In this document: positions 63,168 through 64,000 of the stretch, piece after piece
Numbering within the stretch: the stretch's first letter is position 1
Layout of the letters: every line of letters begins with the position of its first letter
Origin: Mobula hypostoma
Lineage: Eukaryota
Length of the DNA stretch: 64,000 nt
Direction of reading: 5' to 3'
Assembly: GCF_963921235.1 (NCBI RefSeq)
Contig: NC_086101.1
Location: 9,922,001-9,986,000 of the forward strand
Position numbers and translations under genes: made by a program
The notes under the pieces: generated by a model
Told to the model about the DNA's origin: nothing
Databases searched by the model: none
Seen by the model: only the letters and a program-made list of their open reading frames with translations

Positions 63168-64000
63168 TAAATATCCAGAACAGGAGATGAAGACTCATTG
63201 AAAGTGAGTCTGTAGGTTATGGGAGCAGTTAAGTGATCTGACAAGTGAGGTCGAATGTGGTTATCCCCTTTTGTTCAAGAACCTGATGGCGGAGGGGTTC
63301 TTGAACCTGGTGGTGCTCGGCCTTTGTCCTGATAACAGCAGCGAAAAAGTGTATGTCCAGGGTGATGGGGGGGGGGTCCCTGATGGTGGATGCTGCTTTC
63401 CTGCGACTGTGTTTCATGTCGATATGCTCAATGGAGTTGACGACTTCACTCGTGATTGACTGGACCATATCCACTATTTTTGTATAATTTTCCGTTTAAA
63501 AACTTTGGTGTTTCATGCCAGGCTGTGATGCAGCAAATCGATATACTCTTTGCTACTCATCCTTAGAAGTTTGTTAAAGTTTTGGAAATCATGACAAATC
63601 TCTGCAAACTCCTTTTCTAGAGGCGCTGTCGTGCTTTCTTCACAATTGTACTTAACCGCTTGGCACGGTACAGGACCTGCAAAATAATAACTCCAAAGAT
63701 TTTAAAGTGCTGACTCCCTCCACCTGTGATTATCCAATGATGGCTCATGGACCTTTTGTTTCCATCTTCTACAGTCAATTATCAGCTCCTTGGTCTTGCT
63801 GACATTGAGTGAAAGGTTGTTCTTATGTTGTTAAGATAAGGGGTGACAAGGGAGCCAGAGTGGGGAATGGAAAAAGAGGGAAAGATGAAGAGATGAGTAA
63901 CTGCCTGAAGTTGTAATTGTCTATTGTAATTACCCTGCGTATTGTCTTAATGCCTCTGTATCTGCCGGTGTCAGCGTCCCTTTCTCTCACTTTAGGAAAT

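Overview
Repeat-rich vertebrate genomic DNA, most likely a cartilaginous fish (inferred from the V-SINE, CR1, Rex1 and Penelope repertoire and the TRIM style; not verifiable here). The host content is a minus-strand tandem cluster of RING/B-box/coiled-coil/B30.2 (PRY-SPRY) TRIM E3-ligase genes. TRIM-B is complete (6 coding exons, 47715->35860, 471 aa). TRIM-A has exons 1-5 in the window (17794->6969); its B30.2 exon should lie just left of the window. A third copy survives as a decayed SPRY exon plus 3' flank (~59950-60345). The rest is mostly transposon debris: CR1, Rex1/Babar, Tx1 and RTE LINEs, SINEs, hAT and mariner derivatives, and a solo LTR. The most notable non-host elements are (i) young Penelope-like insertions with 10-15 bp target-site duplications carrying minimal hammerhead-ribozyme motifs, one just upstream of the TRIM-B start codon in sense orientation, and (ii) a truncated endogenous retrovirus (LTR, tRNA-His primer-binding site, degenerate gag with PPPY and PSAP late domains). 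I found no convincing wholly new system: the findings are local instances or combinations of known families. All alignments and counts were done by eye, and repeat boundaries without TSD or TIR support are approximate.
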